Shown: positions 1 to 10,755, counted from the stretch's first letter. The stretch is DNA of 64,000 nt from an uncultured Candidatus Saccharibacteria bacterium (GCA_965230975.1 OZ246402.1:509009-573008), one strand, 5' to 3'. The notes: generated by a model not told the origin, from the letters alone. Made by a program: numbers and translations.

Positions 1-187
1 TTTTATCCATGACTGATACTAGTTTTTTTGCAAGTTTAATTCTATATTCTTCAGTTGTCTTTTTACTTTCTAGTGCCCATAAATAAGCATCTCTAAGCAT
101 TTCAAAATCTTCAACAGTATATATTCGATTGGGACCATCTATATTAATAAATTTACTTAGAGCTTCTTCACCTTTGGATATTGGCAT
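1..187 (-). CDS. Hypothetical protein, 5' part only (runs off the window start)
   Basis: Manual translation from ATG at 187 gives MPISKGEEALSKFINIDGPNRIY..., open to position 1. Not in the ORF track. Confidence 0.45.
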   Translation of the reverse strand, partial: MPISKGEEALSKFINIDGPNRIYTVEDFEMLRDAYLWALESKKTTEEYRIKLAKKLVSVMDK

Positions 188-329
188 ATGTTGCTGATAA
201 TTAGTAACCGTGGATTTTATCACTGAATTTATATAATGCAATACTGTTAATGTATATATTGAGAAAAGTGATTTCGAATAGAGTTTCCCGATCTATTCTA
301 ATACGTGGTCTTTGAATTTGACTATATAA

Positions 330-356
330 AATCGTTCGTTCGTAGAACGAACGATT
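330..356 (-). terminator. 12-bp perfect hairpin downstream of mutS, probable intrinsic terminator
   Basis: AATCGTTCGTTC-gta-GAACGAACGATT, followed by a short T run on the minus strand. Confidence 0.5.
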
Positions 357-421
357 ATGAAGTGCCTTTAAAAAATGGGAAGTCAATTTTCTTATAGAGT
401 TAAATTGAATTCTTGTTAGGA

Positions 422-2965
422 CTAGATTAACCCAAGTTGCTCCGGGTGAATTCGTTTTGGCTTAGAAGGCTTTTTGCTTATGGAGTTTGATTTTCTGTTG
501 GTTTTAGCGTCTGTTTCTGCGTTAACTTCAGATAGAGAGCTTTTTTGATTTTCTGTTTGCTCATTATGGTTTGTACCTTCAAATGATTTTAAAATATCAT
601 CTGCTTTTTTAATAACATCTGCTGGAAGACCTGCAAGTTTTGCAACATGTATCCCGTAACTTCGATTTGTACCGCCAGCAATAATCTTGTGCTTAAATAC
701 AATCTCTCCGTTATTTTCGCTTACCTGTACATTAAAGTTTTTAATATTAGAATACTGATCTGCCAAGGCAATAAGTTCGTGATAATGAGTTGCAAACAAA
801 GTGAACGATTTTAAAGTAGAGTTTATATATTCAATAATGGACCATGCGATTGCAACTCCGTCATATGTACTTGTACCTCGGCCGACCTCATCTAAAATAA
901 TTAAAGAGTCGGCCGTTGCATTGTTTAAGATATTAGCTGTTTCTGTCATTTCTACCATGAAAGTCGATTCTCCTTTAGAAAGATTGTCAGATGCTCCAAC
1001 TCTTGTAAATATTCTATCAAACGGTTTAAATTCAAAGTTTTGGGCTGGTACGAAAGAACCAATCTGTGCCATAAGTGCGATTACAGCAACTTGTCGAATG
1101 TAGGTCGATTTACCAGACATATTTGGTCCGGTTAGTATATGAATATTGCTGTTCGTATCAAATTCAGAGTCGTTTGGTGTAAATTTGCCGACGATTGATT
1201 CGATTATAGGGTGCCGGCCGGAAGATATTTTTAAGCGCTTAGTTGTGCTAATGGCCGGCACCGAGTATTCGTTTTGCCTTGCCAAAAAACCAAATGAGTT
1301 AAAAATATCTATTTGTGCAATTAAATTTGAAAGCTCTAATAAATCCGGAATAAATTGCGAAATTTGCTGACGAATACCATCAAATAAAGTAAATTCTAGC
1401 TTTACAATTTTATCTTCGGCAGTCAAAATTTTATCTTCAAGCTCTTTAAGTTCTGGAGTTATAAATCTTTCTGCATTTGCTAATGTTTGTTTTCTAATGT
1501 AATCGGTAGGTGCTTTTGCTAAGTGAGATTTTGTAATTTCTATGTAATATCCAAAAACGCTATTGAAAGAGATTTTTAAAGTAGAAATACCAGTTCTTTC
1601 AACCTCTCTCCTTTGAATCTCGGCCAAAATTCCACGACTATTATTTTTGATGCCTCTAAGCTCGTCTAGCTCTGAATTAAATCCATCTTTAAAAATATTA
1701 CCCTCATTTACAATTGCAGGAGCTTCTTCTCCAATCGAATTTTCAATAATTTGAATTGCGTTTTGAATGTTTTGTAAGTTTGCAGAATTTTTGTCTAAAA
1801 AATTGAGTAATTCTTGATTAATGGAAGTAGCAGATTGTTTTAAAGTGTCAATAATCTGCAAGCAATTTGTAAGGCTATATTTTAAGCCTAACAAATCTTT
1901 AGGATGGGCAGTGTTAACCCCAATCCTTCCACAAATCCTTTGGATATCTGAAATTTGGTTTAAAAGTTCTGAAACTTCAGCACTGATTCTTGGGTTATTA
2001 TAAAAATTTTCTACTAGTTTTAATCTCTCTTGGATTAAATTTGCATTTAGTAATGGGTGCAAAATGAAAGTTTGCAAAAGACGCTTCCCCATAGATGTTT
2101 TGCATTCGTTTAGTTTAGAGTAGAGCGTATTGTGAGTTGATCCGTTTGCTGAATAAATAAGCTCTAAATTGCGTACCGTTTCTGGGTCTAGTGTCATGTA
2201 TTCGCTTACATTCAAGACGTTTATGTTCAAAAAGTGTTTTAAAGATGTTCTTTGGGTTTTTTCTATGTAATTTAATAACATGCCTAAAACATTTACATGA
2301 CTTTTATTTTCCTCGTCTATCCCAAAGCTTTTTAAGTTTTGAACTTTAAAGTGCTCTTTTAGTTTTAAAAGATTTTTTGAGTAATCTAAATCTAATTTTT
2401 CTAAGATTTCAAAATGGGTATTTAAAAATGATAGTTTTGTCTTCATTTCAGATTCTGCTACTAAAACCTCTTTAGCCCAAATCTTGTTAAGTTCGTTTTT
2501 GAAAGTTTTTTCGTTTAAATTACAAACAAAGTTTAGTTCCCCTGTTGTTACATCTGCATAGGCAAAATTGTAAACGCCCTTGTCGTTTAGCACTGCAGCT
2601 ATAAAATTGTTTTTGGAATTATCCAGTGAATTTTCATCCATTACCGTTCCGGGGGTAATAACCTTTGTTATTTGTCTTTCTACAATTTTGCCGGGAGTAG
2701 CTTCTTCCATTTGGTCTGCAATTGCTACTTTTATGCCTTCTGCAATCAATTTTGGAAGATATGTTTTTAAAGCATGATACGGAATCCCAGCCATTGGTTT
2801 TCTATTATCATCTTTGCCTCGGCCTGTTAAAGTTATTCCTAAAACTTTAGAAAGTGTTACTGCGTCATCGTCAAAAGCTTCGTAAAAGTCTCCAAGTCTA
2901 AACAAGATTACAAAGTCTTTGTATTCCTCTTTGATTTTGTAATATTGCTCTTGCATTGGAGTCAT
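422..2965 (-). CDS. mutS: DNA mismatch repair protein MutS
   Basis: TPMQEQY...FRLGDFYE mismatch-binding motif, Walker A TGPNMSGKST, STFMVEM, LDEVGRGTS, ATHYHEL. Confidence 0.98.
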   Translation of the reverse strand: MTPMQEQYYKIKEEYKDFVILFRLGDFYEAFDDDAVTLSKVLGITLTGRGKDDNRKPMAGIPYHALKTYLPKLIAEGIKVAIADQMEEATPGKIVERQITKVITPGTVMDENSLDNSKNNFIAAVLNDKGVYNFAYADVTTGELNFVCNLNEKTFKNELNKIWAKEVLVAESEMKTKLSFLNTHFEILEKLDLDYSKNLLKLKEHFKVQNLKSFGIDEENKSHVNVLGMLLNYIEKTQRTSLKHFLNINVLNVSEYMTLDPETVRNLELIYSANGSTHNTLYSKLNECKTSMGKRLLQTFILHPLLNANLIQERLKLVENFYNNPRISAEVSELLNQISDIQRICGRIGVNTAHPKDLLGLKYSLTNCLQIIDTLKQSATSINQELLNFLDKNSANLQNIQNAIQIIENSIGEEAPAIVNEGNIFKDGFNSELDELRGIKNNSRGILAEIQRREVERTGISTLKISFNSVFGYYIEITKSHLAKAPTDYIRKQTLANAERFITPELKELEDKILTAEDKIVKLEFTLFDGIRQQISQFIPDLLELSNLIAQIDIFNSFGFLARQNEYSVPAISTTKRLKISSGRHPIIESIVGKFTPNDSEFDTNSNIHILTGPNMSGKSTYIRQVAVIALMAQIGSFVPAQNFEFKPFDRIFTRVGASDNLSKGESTFMVEMTETANILNNATADSLIILDEVGRGTSTYDGVAIAWSIIEYINSTLKSFTLFATHYHELIALADQYSNIKNFNVQVSENNGEIVFKHKIIAGGTNRSYGIHVAKLAGLPADVIKKADDILKSFEGTNHNEQTENQKSSLSEVNAETDAKTNRKSNSISKKPSKPKRIHPEQLGLI

Positions 2966-3183
2966 GGGAATTGAGCTCTATACTTAATAATATGGGCGAA
3001 ATGCCGATACATTAACATAAAAGTTATTAACGGATTTAGAGAAGTAAATAACTTAATATGTTAAGTAATCGGTATATTTTAGCACTTGAATGCCTAGGTT
3101 AAAGCTGTTTTAGAAGATAATTTATATTTCCCCTTTTCTTGATGTTTTAAAACAAGTTCTCTCCAAGTTTGTTATTTTGTAAA

Positions 3184-3591
3184 TTAACTTTCTGGGCTAC
3201 TAGATTCTGAGGCAGGGAGCATGGATTCTATTCTCTGTCTTCTAATAAAATCCTTAATAGATTTGATAACTTGCAAACCTTCACCCACATCTATTCCTAC
3301 CTCAACTAAGTGATCGAGCAAGGGCTTAATTGTTAACCTGAAATAAGTAGAAGAGTTGGGAGAGTGTTCAGAATAATATAAATCTTTTAATTCTGCTTTA
3401 ACTCCATGTAGAAATTCTGTCCTAACAATACTACTATCTTGTTTATCTAAAATATAAACAAGAGCTTGAAAAACAAAGTTCTTAGCTACTTCGCTTAATG
3501 TAAGTGCATTTATATAGTTCTCGATTTTTTGTCTAAGATCTTTTTGATCATCTGTTAAATCAATCTGATTATCGAAGGTGTTTTGAAGCAT
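3184..3591 (-). CDS. Hypothetical alpha-helical protein
   Basis: 135-aa ORF with no recognised domain. Weak similarity to 3747..4142. Confidence 0.6.
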   Translation of the reverse strand: MLQNTFDNQIDLTDDQKDLRQKIENYINALTLSEVAKNFVFQALVYILDKQDSSIVRTEFLHGVKAELKDLYYSEHSPNSSTYFRLTIKPLLDHLVEVGIDVGEGLQVIKSIKDFIRRQRIESMLPASESSSPES

Positions 3592-3746
3592 GTTTTTTAA
3601 TTTAATAATAGGATTATTTATAAAAGATTATATCTCATAGTTATGCATAGTCAATATATCTATCCCCTGTAGCTAGTTTGAGGCTATAGTGAATAATTTA
3701 TAAGTAAAGTGATAACTTGGTGTGATTTTACAATTATGGAAAACTC

Positions 3747-4142
3747 TTAATTGTTTGGAATATTTTGATGATAGTATTTATTATAAAGTCTACGGACAGT
3801 ATCTATAATGAATAAAGTTTCGGATTTTGTTAATCCATGAATTTCCCAAAATACTTGAGCAATAGTGTTAAACTCTTCGGTTGGGTCATACCTATTTAAA
3901 CAAACTCTAAATTCCTTATCCCAAAAGTGTAGGGTTTGAAAAGTTCTATCTCCTAAATCAACTTGCCTACCATGGTCTTTTATATATAAATAGTCTAATA
4001 TTTTTGCCATTATTAATCCTTGAGATAGATCGCAATTTAAATTAGTGATTTCTGAACGTAAGAATTGGATAAACTCCTTATATCCAAATCTTGTGATTAC
4101 GCGATCTTGTGAGCAAAAAGCTACTATAAGATTGTCTGTCAT
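3747..4142 (-). CDS. Hypothetical alpha-helical protein
   Basis: 131-aa ORF with a TATAAT box upstream on the minus strand. Confidence 0.6.
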   Translation of the reverse strand: MTDNLIVAFCSQDRVITRFGYKEFIQFLRSEITNLNCDLSQGLIMAKILDYLYIKDHGRQVDLGDRTFQTLHFWDKEFRVCLNRYDPTEEFNTIAQVFWEIHGLTKSETLFIIDTVRRLYNKYYHQNIPNN

Positions 4143-4217
4143 AAGTTTTAAGTTAAATTTCCTGAATTATAAGCACCAAGTGCAAATTTAACAATTGGTT
4201 TAATGTATAATATTAAA

Positions 4218-5279
4218 ATGCTAACTCATATTAAACAAAACAAAGGTATAATTTTATGGAGCATGTTCGTGCTTGGAGTTTTTGCATTCATCCAATTTAG
4301 ATTAGATCAATACCTTCAATACAGCATAGATGGGCAAAGCTTGGCTTTAAGGCTTCAAGAGCTTTTAACATTATTCTTAAGCATTATTGCAGAAGCATTT
4401 CCGTTTGTAATTTTAGGAACAATAATATCTGTAATTGTCGCACTATTTATTAAATCGGAGTGGATATTAAAATACCTTCCAAAGAATGTAATTTTAAGCA
4501 ATTTAATAATCTCTTTGTTTGGCGTTTTTATGCCGGTATGCGAATGTGGAAACGTACCTGTAACAAGAAGGTTGCTTTCTAAAAATTTTACAGTTTCTCA
4601 ATCAATAGTATTTTTACTTGCGGCGCCGATAATTAACCCTATAACACTTTGGAGCACAATAGAAGCATTTAGCCCGGATACATCAATAGTAATAATAAGA
4701 CTTATCGGCGCCTTGGTAATAGCCAATTTAGCCGGATTTATAATCTCATTTAAAAAGAATCAATACGAACTTTTGCAAGATGACTTTTATAACAATTATT
4801 GCAAAGTGAATTTAGACAACCATGATCATAACCATGACCAGCACTCTCATCATGATCACTTGCATCATCATCATAATTCAAAAATAGAAGAGGCCTTTGA
4901 AATTTTTAGAACAGAGTTTTGGGAGGTTACAAAGTTACTTTGCTTAGGAGCTTTTTTTGCAGCTTTGTCTCAAATATTTATTCCAAGAGATGTAATAACT
5001 TCAATTGGGCAAAGCCCGATCTTATCTATTGTTGCCATGATGTTGTTTGCATTTGTTATTTCAATTTGCTCTAACGTAGATGCATTTGTAGCCTTACCTT
5101 ACGTTAGCACTTTCTCTTTGGGTTCAATTATGTCATTTCTTTTGTTTGGACCAATGATAGATATGAAAATTTTAACAATGCTTAAAAGTAGTTTTAAATT
5201 AAAGTTAATTATTTTCTTAGTTGTGTTTGTTGGTTTAAGTTCGTTTTTAGCTGGTTTAATTATTAATCTACTTGTTTAA
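4218..5279 (+). CDS. DUF318/YcgR-like permease with His-rich loop (putative metal transport)
   Basis: EAFPFVILG, PVCECG, FLLAAPIINP, SICSNVDAF and GPMIDMK motifs; HDHNHDQHSHHDHLHHHH loop. Start moved to 4218, 6 nt after TATAAT. Confidence 0.85.
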   Translation: MLTHIKQNKGIILWSMFVLGVFAFIQFRLDQYLQYSIDGQSLALRLQELLTLFLSIIAEAFPFVILGTIISVIVALFIKSEWILKYLPKNVILSNLIISLFGVFMPVCECGNVPVTRRLLSKNFTVSQSIVFLLAAPIINPITLWSTIEAFSPDTSIVIIRLIGALVIANLAGFIISFKKNQYELLQDDFYNNYCKVNLDNHDHNHDQHSHHDHLHHHHNSKIEEAFEIFRTEFWEVTKLLCLGAFFAALSQIFIPRDVITSIGQSPILSIVAMMLFAFVISICSNVDAFVALPYVSTFSLGSIMSFLLFGPMIDMKILTMLKSSFKLKLIIFLVVFVGLSSFLAGLIINLLV

Positions 5280-6104
5280 ATGGATCTTTTTAAGTTAATA
5301 ATAATCTTCTTTTTTAGTTTATATAACTTGTATTTATATCTGTCTGGTAATATAGATAACTACATTAGTTCTAGATTCTTTTCATTTAGTTTAATTGCAA
5401 GTTTGTGTGGAATAGTAATTTCATTAGGTGCAATAATTTATATATTTTTAAAAGAAAAAAATAAAAGAGAGTTGTTTGATTTTATAACCCCAATTCTTAC
5501 CATTGGATTTGTATTAATAGCAGGCTTAATAGTCAACTCTTTATTACTTTTAATAACTATCCCTCTGTTTATATATTTTAAAAAAGATATTAAATTAAAA
5601 CTAGATTTAGGTATTTTGATAGTTTTAGTAATAATTTTAGGCTTTGCAATACCCTCAACCAGTCTCACTTCTGTAACAGCATCACAAAGATCTGGAGATT
5701 TAAATTCTGTAACATTGGAAAATAGACTCAGCACACTTTCAAGATTTGCAAATTCAAGTAATTACGATATTGCAGATTGGATTGCATCCATTAATTACAA
5801 TCCGGATTTATCTAGTTATGTGGGCAAGTCAGTTAATGTAACCGGGTTTGTATTTGCACCAAATTATTACCCAAAAGATATGTTTTTGGCAGCACGATTT
5901 GTTGTAACTTGTTGTGCTGTAGATGCAAGACCGGTTGGCTTGAATGTTAAGCTAGATGGCTGGCAGGGGCAATACAAGTTAGATGAATGGGTTAATATTA
6001 AAGGCAAGTTTGCAATTGGTGAAGTTAACGGAGTTACTCAATTGATTATTGAACCTGAAAGTATTGAGTTAACTAAAGAGCCGGATAGACCATATATTTA
6101 TTAA
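5280..6104 (+). CDS. TIGR03943/DUF1980 (YcgQ-like) putative permease subunit
   Basis: N-terminal TM helices and the ARFVVTCCAVDARPVG motif. This family is usually found next to DUF318 permeases. Confidence 0.85.
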   Translation: MDLFKLIIIFFFSLYNLYLYLSGNIDNYISSRFFSFSLIASLCGIVISLGAIIYIFLKEKNKRELFDFITPILTIGFVLIAGLIVNSLLLLITIPLFIYFKKDIKLKLDLGILIVLVIILGFAIPSTSLTSVTASQRSGDLNSVTLENRLSTLSRFANSSNYDIADWIASINYNPDLSSYVGKSVNVTGFVFAPNYYPKDMFLAARFVVTCCAVDARPVGLNVKLDGWQGQYKLDEWVNIKGKFAIGEVNGVTQLIIEPESIELTKEPDRPYIY

Positions 6105-6113
6105 AAAACGAAT

Positions 6114-7541
6114 TTGAGCAATAAACAATTAAATTTAAAAAATATATTAAAAGACAGGTTTAATCTTGCTGCTGCGTTGACTTTTACTATACTAACTTTA
6201 TTAATTATTGCCTTTTGGCTTTTAAGTGTAATTTCTCAACCACATGTTAGGTTTTTTGAATTAGAGGGACAAATAAATTCTGCAGATTTTTCTAATCAAA
6301 GAGTAAAAGTGTTCTTTAGTTCTCCAATGAACAAAGACTCTACTCAAAACTATATTACAATTGAGCCAAGTATAGATTTCAAAACTGCATGGTCTGGCAA
6401 TAATTTATTTATAATTTTTGATACAAATTTAAGATCTACTACAAGCTATACAATAAAATTTTCACCAGATTTTAAGGATTTATACAATAAAGCATTATCA
6501 ACACAAAGTATTACTTTTAAAACAAAGAAACAAGAGTTTTTGTATGTTGATTCTTCTAATAATACCAAGAAGATTGTAAAGTCAGATTTAGATTTTAATA
6601 AAGTCGTTTTATACGAAAATGAAAATATTGAAACTTTTGATGCAGGAAAGTCTTATTTAGCTGTAATTACTAAAAACCCAAACCAAACAAATTCTTTAAA
6701 TATTATAAATATTGATAATAAAAGTGTAACTACTTTAAATGTAGGAACTAAAATAATACCCAGCATTTCATTTTCACCAAAGCTCAATGAAATTGCATAT
6801 GTTACACAATCTGTTATTTTAAGATCTACTTATGCTCAACCATTAGAAGATACATCTATAAATTTTTATAATATAGATACAAAAGAAACTAAAACTATAA
6901 ATTATTCTGCACCGGGCGAGGGTGTTACGAATATAAAGTACGCACCAGATGGAAATTCAATTTTGTATAAAACAAGCCAATCTTATTATCAAATTATGGA
7001 TGTAAGTAATGCAGAAAACAGTATTATTTTGGGTAGATTTTTGGCAGATGGTGGTTTTAATTTTGATGGCTCTAAGTTAGCCTTTGTTGAATTTGATCCA
7101 GTTCAAGCTTTTAGCAAAAACCAATATATTGCAGAAATTAATGTTGAAAGAGATTCCAGATTAATAACTAATGGTGATGTTCCAGTTTTAGACCCAGAAT
7201 ATTTTAATAACTCTGCAGGTATTATTTATTCTCAAAGGTACAAAGATTTAGATGAAAGAACAAAAGGTCAGTATAGAATAGTTAAAGATTTGGGTAACAA
7301 TAATTTTCAAGTATTGGTAGAAGATGAAAAAAGAAGCTTAGAGATTCCAAAGTTAAGCTTTGATGATAGATATATTTTAATAGAAGGTTATAAAGAAACA
7401 GATTTATTAAGTTTTGAAAATAGTAGAAGTTTTGGTTTTCAAACTAAACCTCAGACTTCTGATCTAATGCTGTTTGATTTAGAAAATAATAAACTTATAG
7501 ACCTTAATGTTAGAGGGTATGATGCAATGTGGTTAAGATGA
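6114..7541 (+). CDS. Membrane-anchored Ig-like (Big_5) plus TolB-like beta-propeller protein
   Basis: N-terminal TM helix, FSSPMN...YTI..DLY Ig-like signature, FSP/APDG/FDG propeller repeats. Confidence 0.7.
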   Translation: MSNKQLNLKNILKDRFNLAAALTFTILTLLIIAFWLLSVISQPHVRFFELEGQINSADFSNQRVKVFFSSPMNKDSTQNYITIEPSIDFKTAWSGNNLFIIFDTNLRSTTSYTIKFSPDFKDLYNKALSTQSITFKTKKQEFLYVDSSNNTKKIVKSDLDFNKVVLYENENIETFDAGKSYLAVITKNPNQTNSLNIINIDNKSVTTLNVGTKIIPSISFSPKLNEIAYVTQSVILRSTYAQPLEDTSINFYNIDTKETKTINYSAPGEGVTNIKYAPDGNSILYKTSQSYYQIMDVSNAENSIILGRFLADGGFNFDGSKLAFVEFDPVQAFSKNQYIAEINVERDSRLITNGDVPVLDPEYFNNSAGIIYSQRYKDLDERTKGQYRIVKDLGNNNFQVLVEDEKRSLEIPKLSFDDRYILIEGYKETDLLSFENSRSFGFQTKPQTSDLMLFDLENNKLIDLNVRGYDAMWLR

Positions 7542-7832
7542 TTTAACCTCTCTAAATTCCGCATCTTCAAAGTTTGCTGGTTTGAAATTTTGGTTATCTT
7601 TTTGGCTTTTTGAATTAGATTTCTTTTTAGAGTTAGCTACACTAGTCTGTTTTAAAACCGGTAAATTTAACCACTTTCTAATTAAGTTGAACAAGCCTTT
7701 AAATAAGGATTGTATTTGAGGTGACATTTTATCGTAGCCAAAGAATAAAATAACCAGTAAAAGTATTGGTATAAATATTATAGAGCAAACAAAAATCGCT
7801 AATAATGATAATGCTGCACTGAAAATCTCCAT
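7533..7832 (-). CDS. Small membrane protein with C-terminal EDAEFREV motif
   Basis: Hydrophobic N-terminus and charged tail. Confidence 0.6.
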   Translation of the reverse strand: MEIFSAALSLLAIFVCSIIFIPILLLVILFFGYDKMSPQIQSLFKGLFNLIRKWLNLPVLKQTSVANSKKKSNSKSQKDNQNFKPANFEDAEFREVKSS

Positions 7833-7894
7833 ATAGTTATAAAAAATTTAATTAAACATGATAATATTATACATTTAAATTTTAAATCTTTATT

Positions 7895-8809
7895 ATGGAA
7901 ACTTTCCTATTTGTATTACTTTGTGGAGGGGGTCTATTTGTTTTAGTATTGTTTTTCTCTTGGTTCTTTACAGTAGAACAACAAACAGTTGTAATTATAG
8001 AAAGATTTGGTAAATATGTAAGAACTTCAACTGCCGGTTTGAATTTTAAATTGCCATTAATAGAAAGAGTAGCAGGTAGAGTATCTTTAAGAGTTAGGCA
8101 ATTAGATGTAAGGGCAGAAACCAAAACTAAAGATAATGTTTTTGTTCATGTAATTGTATCTGTTCAATATTATGTTTTACCGGACAGGGTTTATGATGCA
8201 TTTTATAAGCTTAACGACCCATCTCAACAAATTAACGCATATGTTTTTGATGTTGTAAGAGCAAGAGTGCCACAAATTAACCTAGATGACTTATTTGAAA
8301 AGAAAGATGAAATTGCAGTTGCAGTTAAGAATGAACTTAACGAAACAATGACAAGTTTTGGGTTTGAAATATTAAATGCACTTGTAACAGATATAGAACC
8401 TGATCAAAAAGTTAAAGATTCTATGAATGAAATTAACGCTGCATTAAGAATGAGAGTAGCCGCTAGTGAAAAGGGAGAAGCAGAAAGAATTTTAAAAGTT
8501 AAAGCTGCAGAGGCAGAAGCGCAATCAAAAGCATTACAAGGTAAAGGTATTGCAGATCAAAGAAGAGCTATTATAGATGGTTTGAAAGAATCTGTAGAAG
8601 ATTTTCAAACAACAATCAAAGGTTCTACCTCTCAAGAAATTATGAACTTGGTTTTAATGACCCAATATTTTGATACATTAAAAGAGATTGGCCAAAATTC
8701 CAATACAATTTTAATCCCACACTCACCTGGAGGAATTACAGACATCTCTAGCGAGATTAGAAATGCTATGATTCAAGCCAATGAAGTCGCTAGATTTGAA
8801 AACAAATAG
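7895..8809 (+). CDS. SPFH/band 7 domain protein
   Basis: IERFGKY, ETKTKDNVFV, DIEPD..VK..MNEINAA, TQYFDTLKEIG. Confidence 0.95.
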   Translation: METFLFVLLCGGGLFVLVLFFSWFFTVEQQTVVIIERFGKYVRTSTAGLNFKLPLIERVAGRVSLRVRQLDVRAETKTKDNVFVHVIVSVQYYVLPDRVYDAFYKLNDPSQQINAYVFDVVRARVPQINLDDLFEKKDEIAVAVKNELNETMTSFGFEILNALVTDIEPDQKVKDSMNEINAALRMRVAASEKGEAERILKVKAAEAEAQSKALQGKGIADQRRAIIDGLKESVEDFQTTIKGSTSQEIMNLVLMTQYFDTLKEIGQNSNTILIPHSPGGITDISSEIRNAMIQANEVARFENK

Positions 8810-8814
8810 TTAAA

Positions 8815-9372
8815 ATGAACTCCAGGAATTTTGGCCCAAGGCGAAACAATTTAGTGCTAATTTTTGTGTCTATTCTTGTTTTAGCAGGAATAGCAATTTA
8901 TTTGCTAACTAATAAATCTAATTCCTCATTTGAGATAGATAATTTAACAAATAAAAGCCAATCAAAGAGCACGGAGCCTGTATTAGAGCAAGAATCTGAA
9001 TTAATAGATTTAACTAACTTAAAAATTTATTTATCTATAGCAGATAATGCTAGCGATAAGGTAATTAGAAAAACATATTCTGGTGTTAATTATGTAAACG
9101 CAAAGATCAATGTTGATAATGCACCTAATGCAGTTGGAGATTGTTCGATTGAGGTTTATAAAATTGAAGGAGTTTCTGCCAATGCAATTTATACTGCAAG
9201 TTTTCAGGTTAATCAAAGTATAAAGCAAATAGATAGAAATCTAAATTTAAATGGGGGAATGTTTAGGGTAGATATTAACTGTGATTTTGGAGGTAAGAGT
9301 TATTCTCAGGTTTATACTTTAGATTTAAAGCTAACTAATCAAACACCAATGCCATCAAGTTATTCAATTTAA
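8815..9372 (+). CDS. Membrane-anchored hypothetical protein
   Basis: N-terminal TM helix followed by a beta-rich domain. Confidence 0.65.
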   Translation: MNSRNFGPRRNNLVLIFVSILVLAGIAIYLLTNKSNSSFEIDNLTNKSQSKSTEPVLEQESELIDLTNLKIYLSIADNASDKVIRKTYSGVNYVNAKINVDNAPNAVGDCSIEVYKIEGVSANAIYTASFQVNQSIKQIDRNLNLNGGMFRVDINCDFGGKSYSQVYTLDLKLTNQTPMPSSYSI

Positions 9373-9891
9373 TTCCATTTCAAAAATCAGGGTATCTACA
9401 AATTCGTTATCTATAAGTAATTCGTTTGAAAGTTTTCCATTTTGTACAAATCCATTCTTTTTATACATAGATATTGCTGCCTCTTGTTTTGAGTTTACAA
9501 ACAAGGTTATTTTTTTCATTCCATTAGTTTTTATATCTTCGATTGCAGTTTTTAGTAAAGCAATACCTGTACCATAACCTCTATATTCTTTCAAAATATA
9601 AAACCACACTATTGTCGCAATGTGGGATCTTCGGTTTTTGTAATCATACAGAACTCCAATCATTCCAACTGGTTTTTCATTATCAAAGGCCAAAAACATT
9701 TTATCTTTAAGGCTGAATATGTATGGGCTAATGTAAGAATTCCACCATTCTTTTGAATTTTGGCTATATTCTTCAAAGTCTACACTAAATGCTTTGGGAT
9801 CATCTTTTAAACCTGTAAGCATAAGGTTTCTTATGTTTTCAAAATCTATAGGAGATGCACGTTTTATTATAATTTGATTATTCATTAACAA
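9364..9891 (-). CDS. GNAT N-acetyltransferase
   Basis: YILKEYRGYGTGIALL acetyl-CoA motif; AISMYKKNGF. Confidence 0.9.
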   Translation of the reverse strand: MLMNNQIIIKRASPIDFENIRNLMLTGLKDDPKAFSVDFEEYSQNSKEWWNSYISPYIFSLKDKMFLAFDNEKPVGMIGVLYDYKNRRSHIATIVWFYILKEYRGYGTGIALLKTAIEDIKTNGMKKITLFVNSKQEAAISMYKKNGFVQNGKLSNELLIDNEFVDTLIFEMELN

Positions 9892-10753
9892 ATTTCGTTA
9901 CTAAATTAGATACATCATTTTCATAACCTAAATAAATATGTCCACAACCAGGTAATATGCTTAAGTCTAGATTTTTAATATTTTTCCTTAATATGGATTC
10001 AACACTATCTAATGTATTGTATTCTGGCATATACAAAAAATCATCTTTATCACCAACAATTATTTTGACAGGAATGTTTATATTATTTAGAACAGGAAAT
10101 TTATAGTTGCTTCCTTTGTAAAAATCAAACATACAACTTAAATCATCTTGAATATACCAAGATTTATAAGTGTTATAACTAATTGGATAATCTTCATATT
10201 CGTTTGGAACAATATCTTTACCTTTTCCTTTCTTGACCATCTCAATAACATTTGTCAATCGTTCTTGAAAATTATCTCCTGAGTGCCTAATTATGTATCC
10301 ATTTTTATCAAATGGGGCTAATAAAATAAGTTTGTTTATTAAGTTTTTGAATTCGCCCTCAAATAAATACCTGGTTACTTTGATTGTCCCAAGAGAATGA
10401 CCAATTAAGTTAAAAGAAGTGTAGCCTTGATCCTTTAAAAATTGAATCCAAGCATTAATATCTAAGTGGGATTCTTCTATTTTCTCATTATATGAACCTA
10501 AGGTGATGCTATCTAATCCCTCTCTTGAAATAACGGTATGTACACCAGTTCCTCTTGTCATTATGCTTATGCATGCATAACCATTTTTAGATAGTGATTC
10601 TATATTTTGCTTTAAGAATTTTCTAGTATAAAAATCACCTTCAAAACCATGTACCATTATATTCGCAGGTTTGCTTTTATCACCTTCTGTAAGAAATCCA
10701 GAAAGAATAAGTTTATCTTGTGTAGTTGTTTGAACTAAAAATCCAGGGATCAT
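9878..10753 (-). CDS. Alpha/beta hydrolase (DUF1749-like)
   Basis: MVHGFEG, nucleophile elbow GHSLG, IVGDKDD, GCGH. Confidence 0.9.
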   Translation of the reverse strand: MIPGFLVQTTTQDKLILSGFLTEGDKSKPANIMVHGFEGDFYTRKFLKQNIESLSKNGYACISIMTRGTGVHTVISREGLDSITLGSYNEKIEESHLDINAWIQFLKDQGYTSFNLIGHSLGTIKVTRYLFEGEFKNLINKLILLAPFDKNGYIIRHSGDNFQERLTNVIEMVKKGKGKDIVPNEYEDYPISYNTYKSWYIQDDLSCMFDFYKGSNYKFPVLNNINIPVKIIVGDKDDFLYMPEYNTLDSVESILRKNIKNLDLSILPGCGHIYLGYENDVSNLVTKFVNE

Positions 10754-10755
10754 AG

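Noticed and set aside
201-386. 61-aa ORF from the track
   Set aside because: Spans the terminator-like hairpin and probable promoter region; no protein-like signal.
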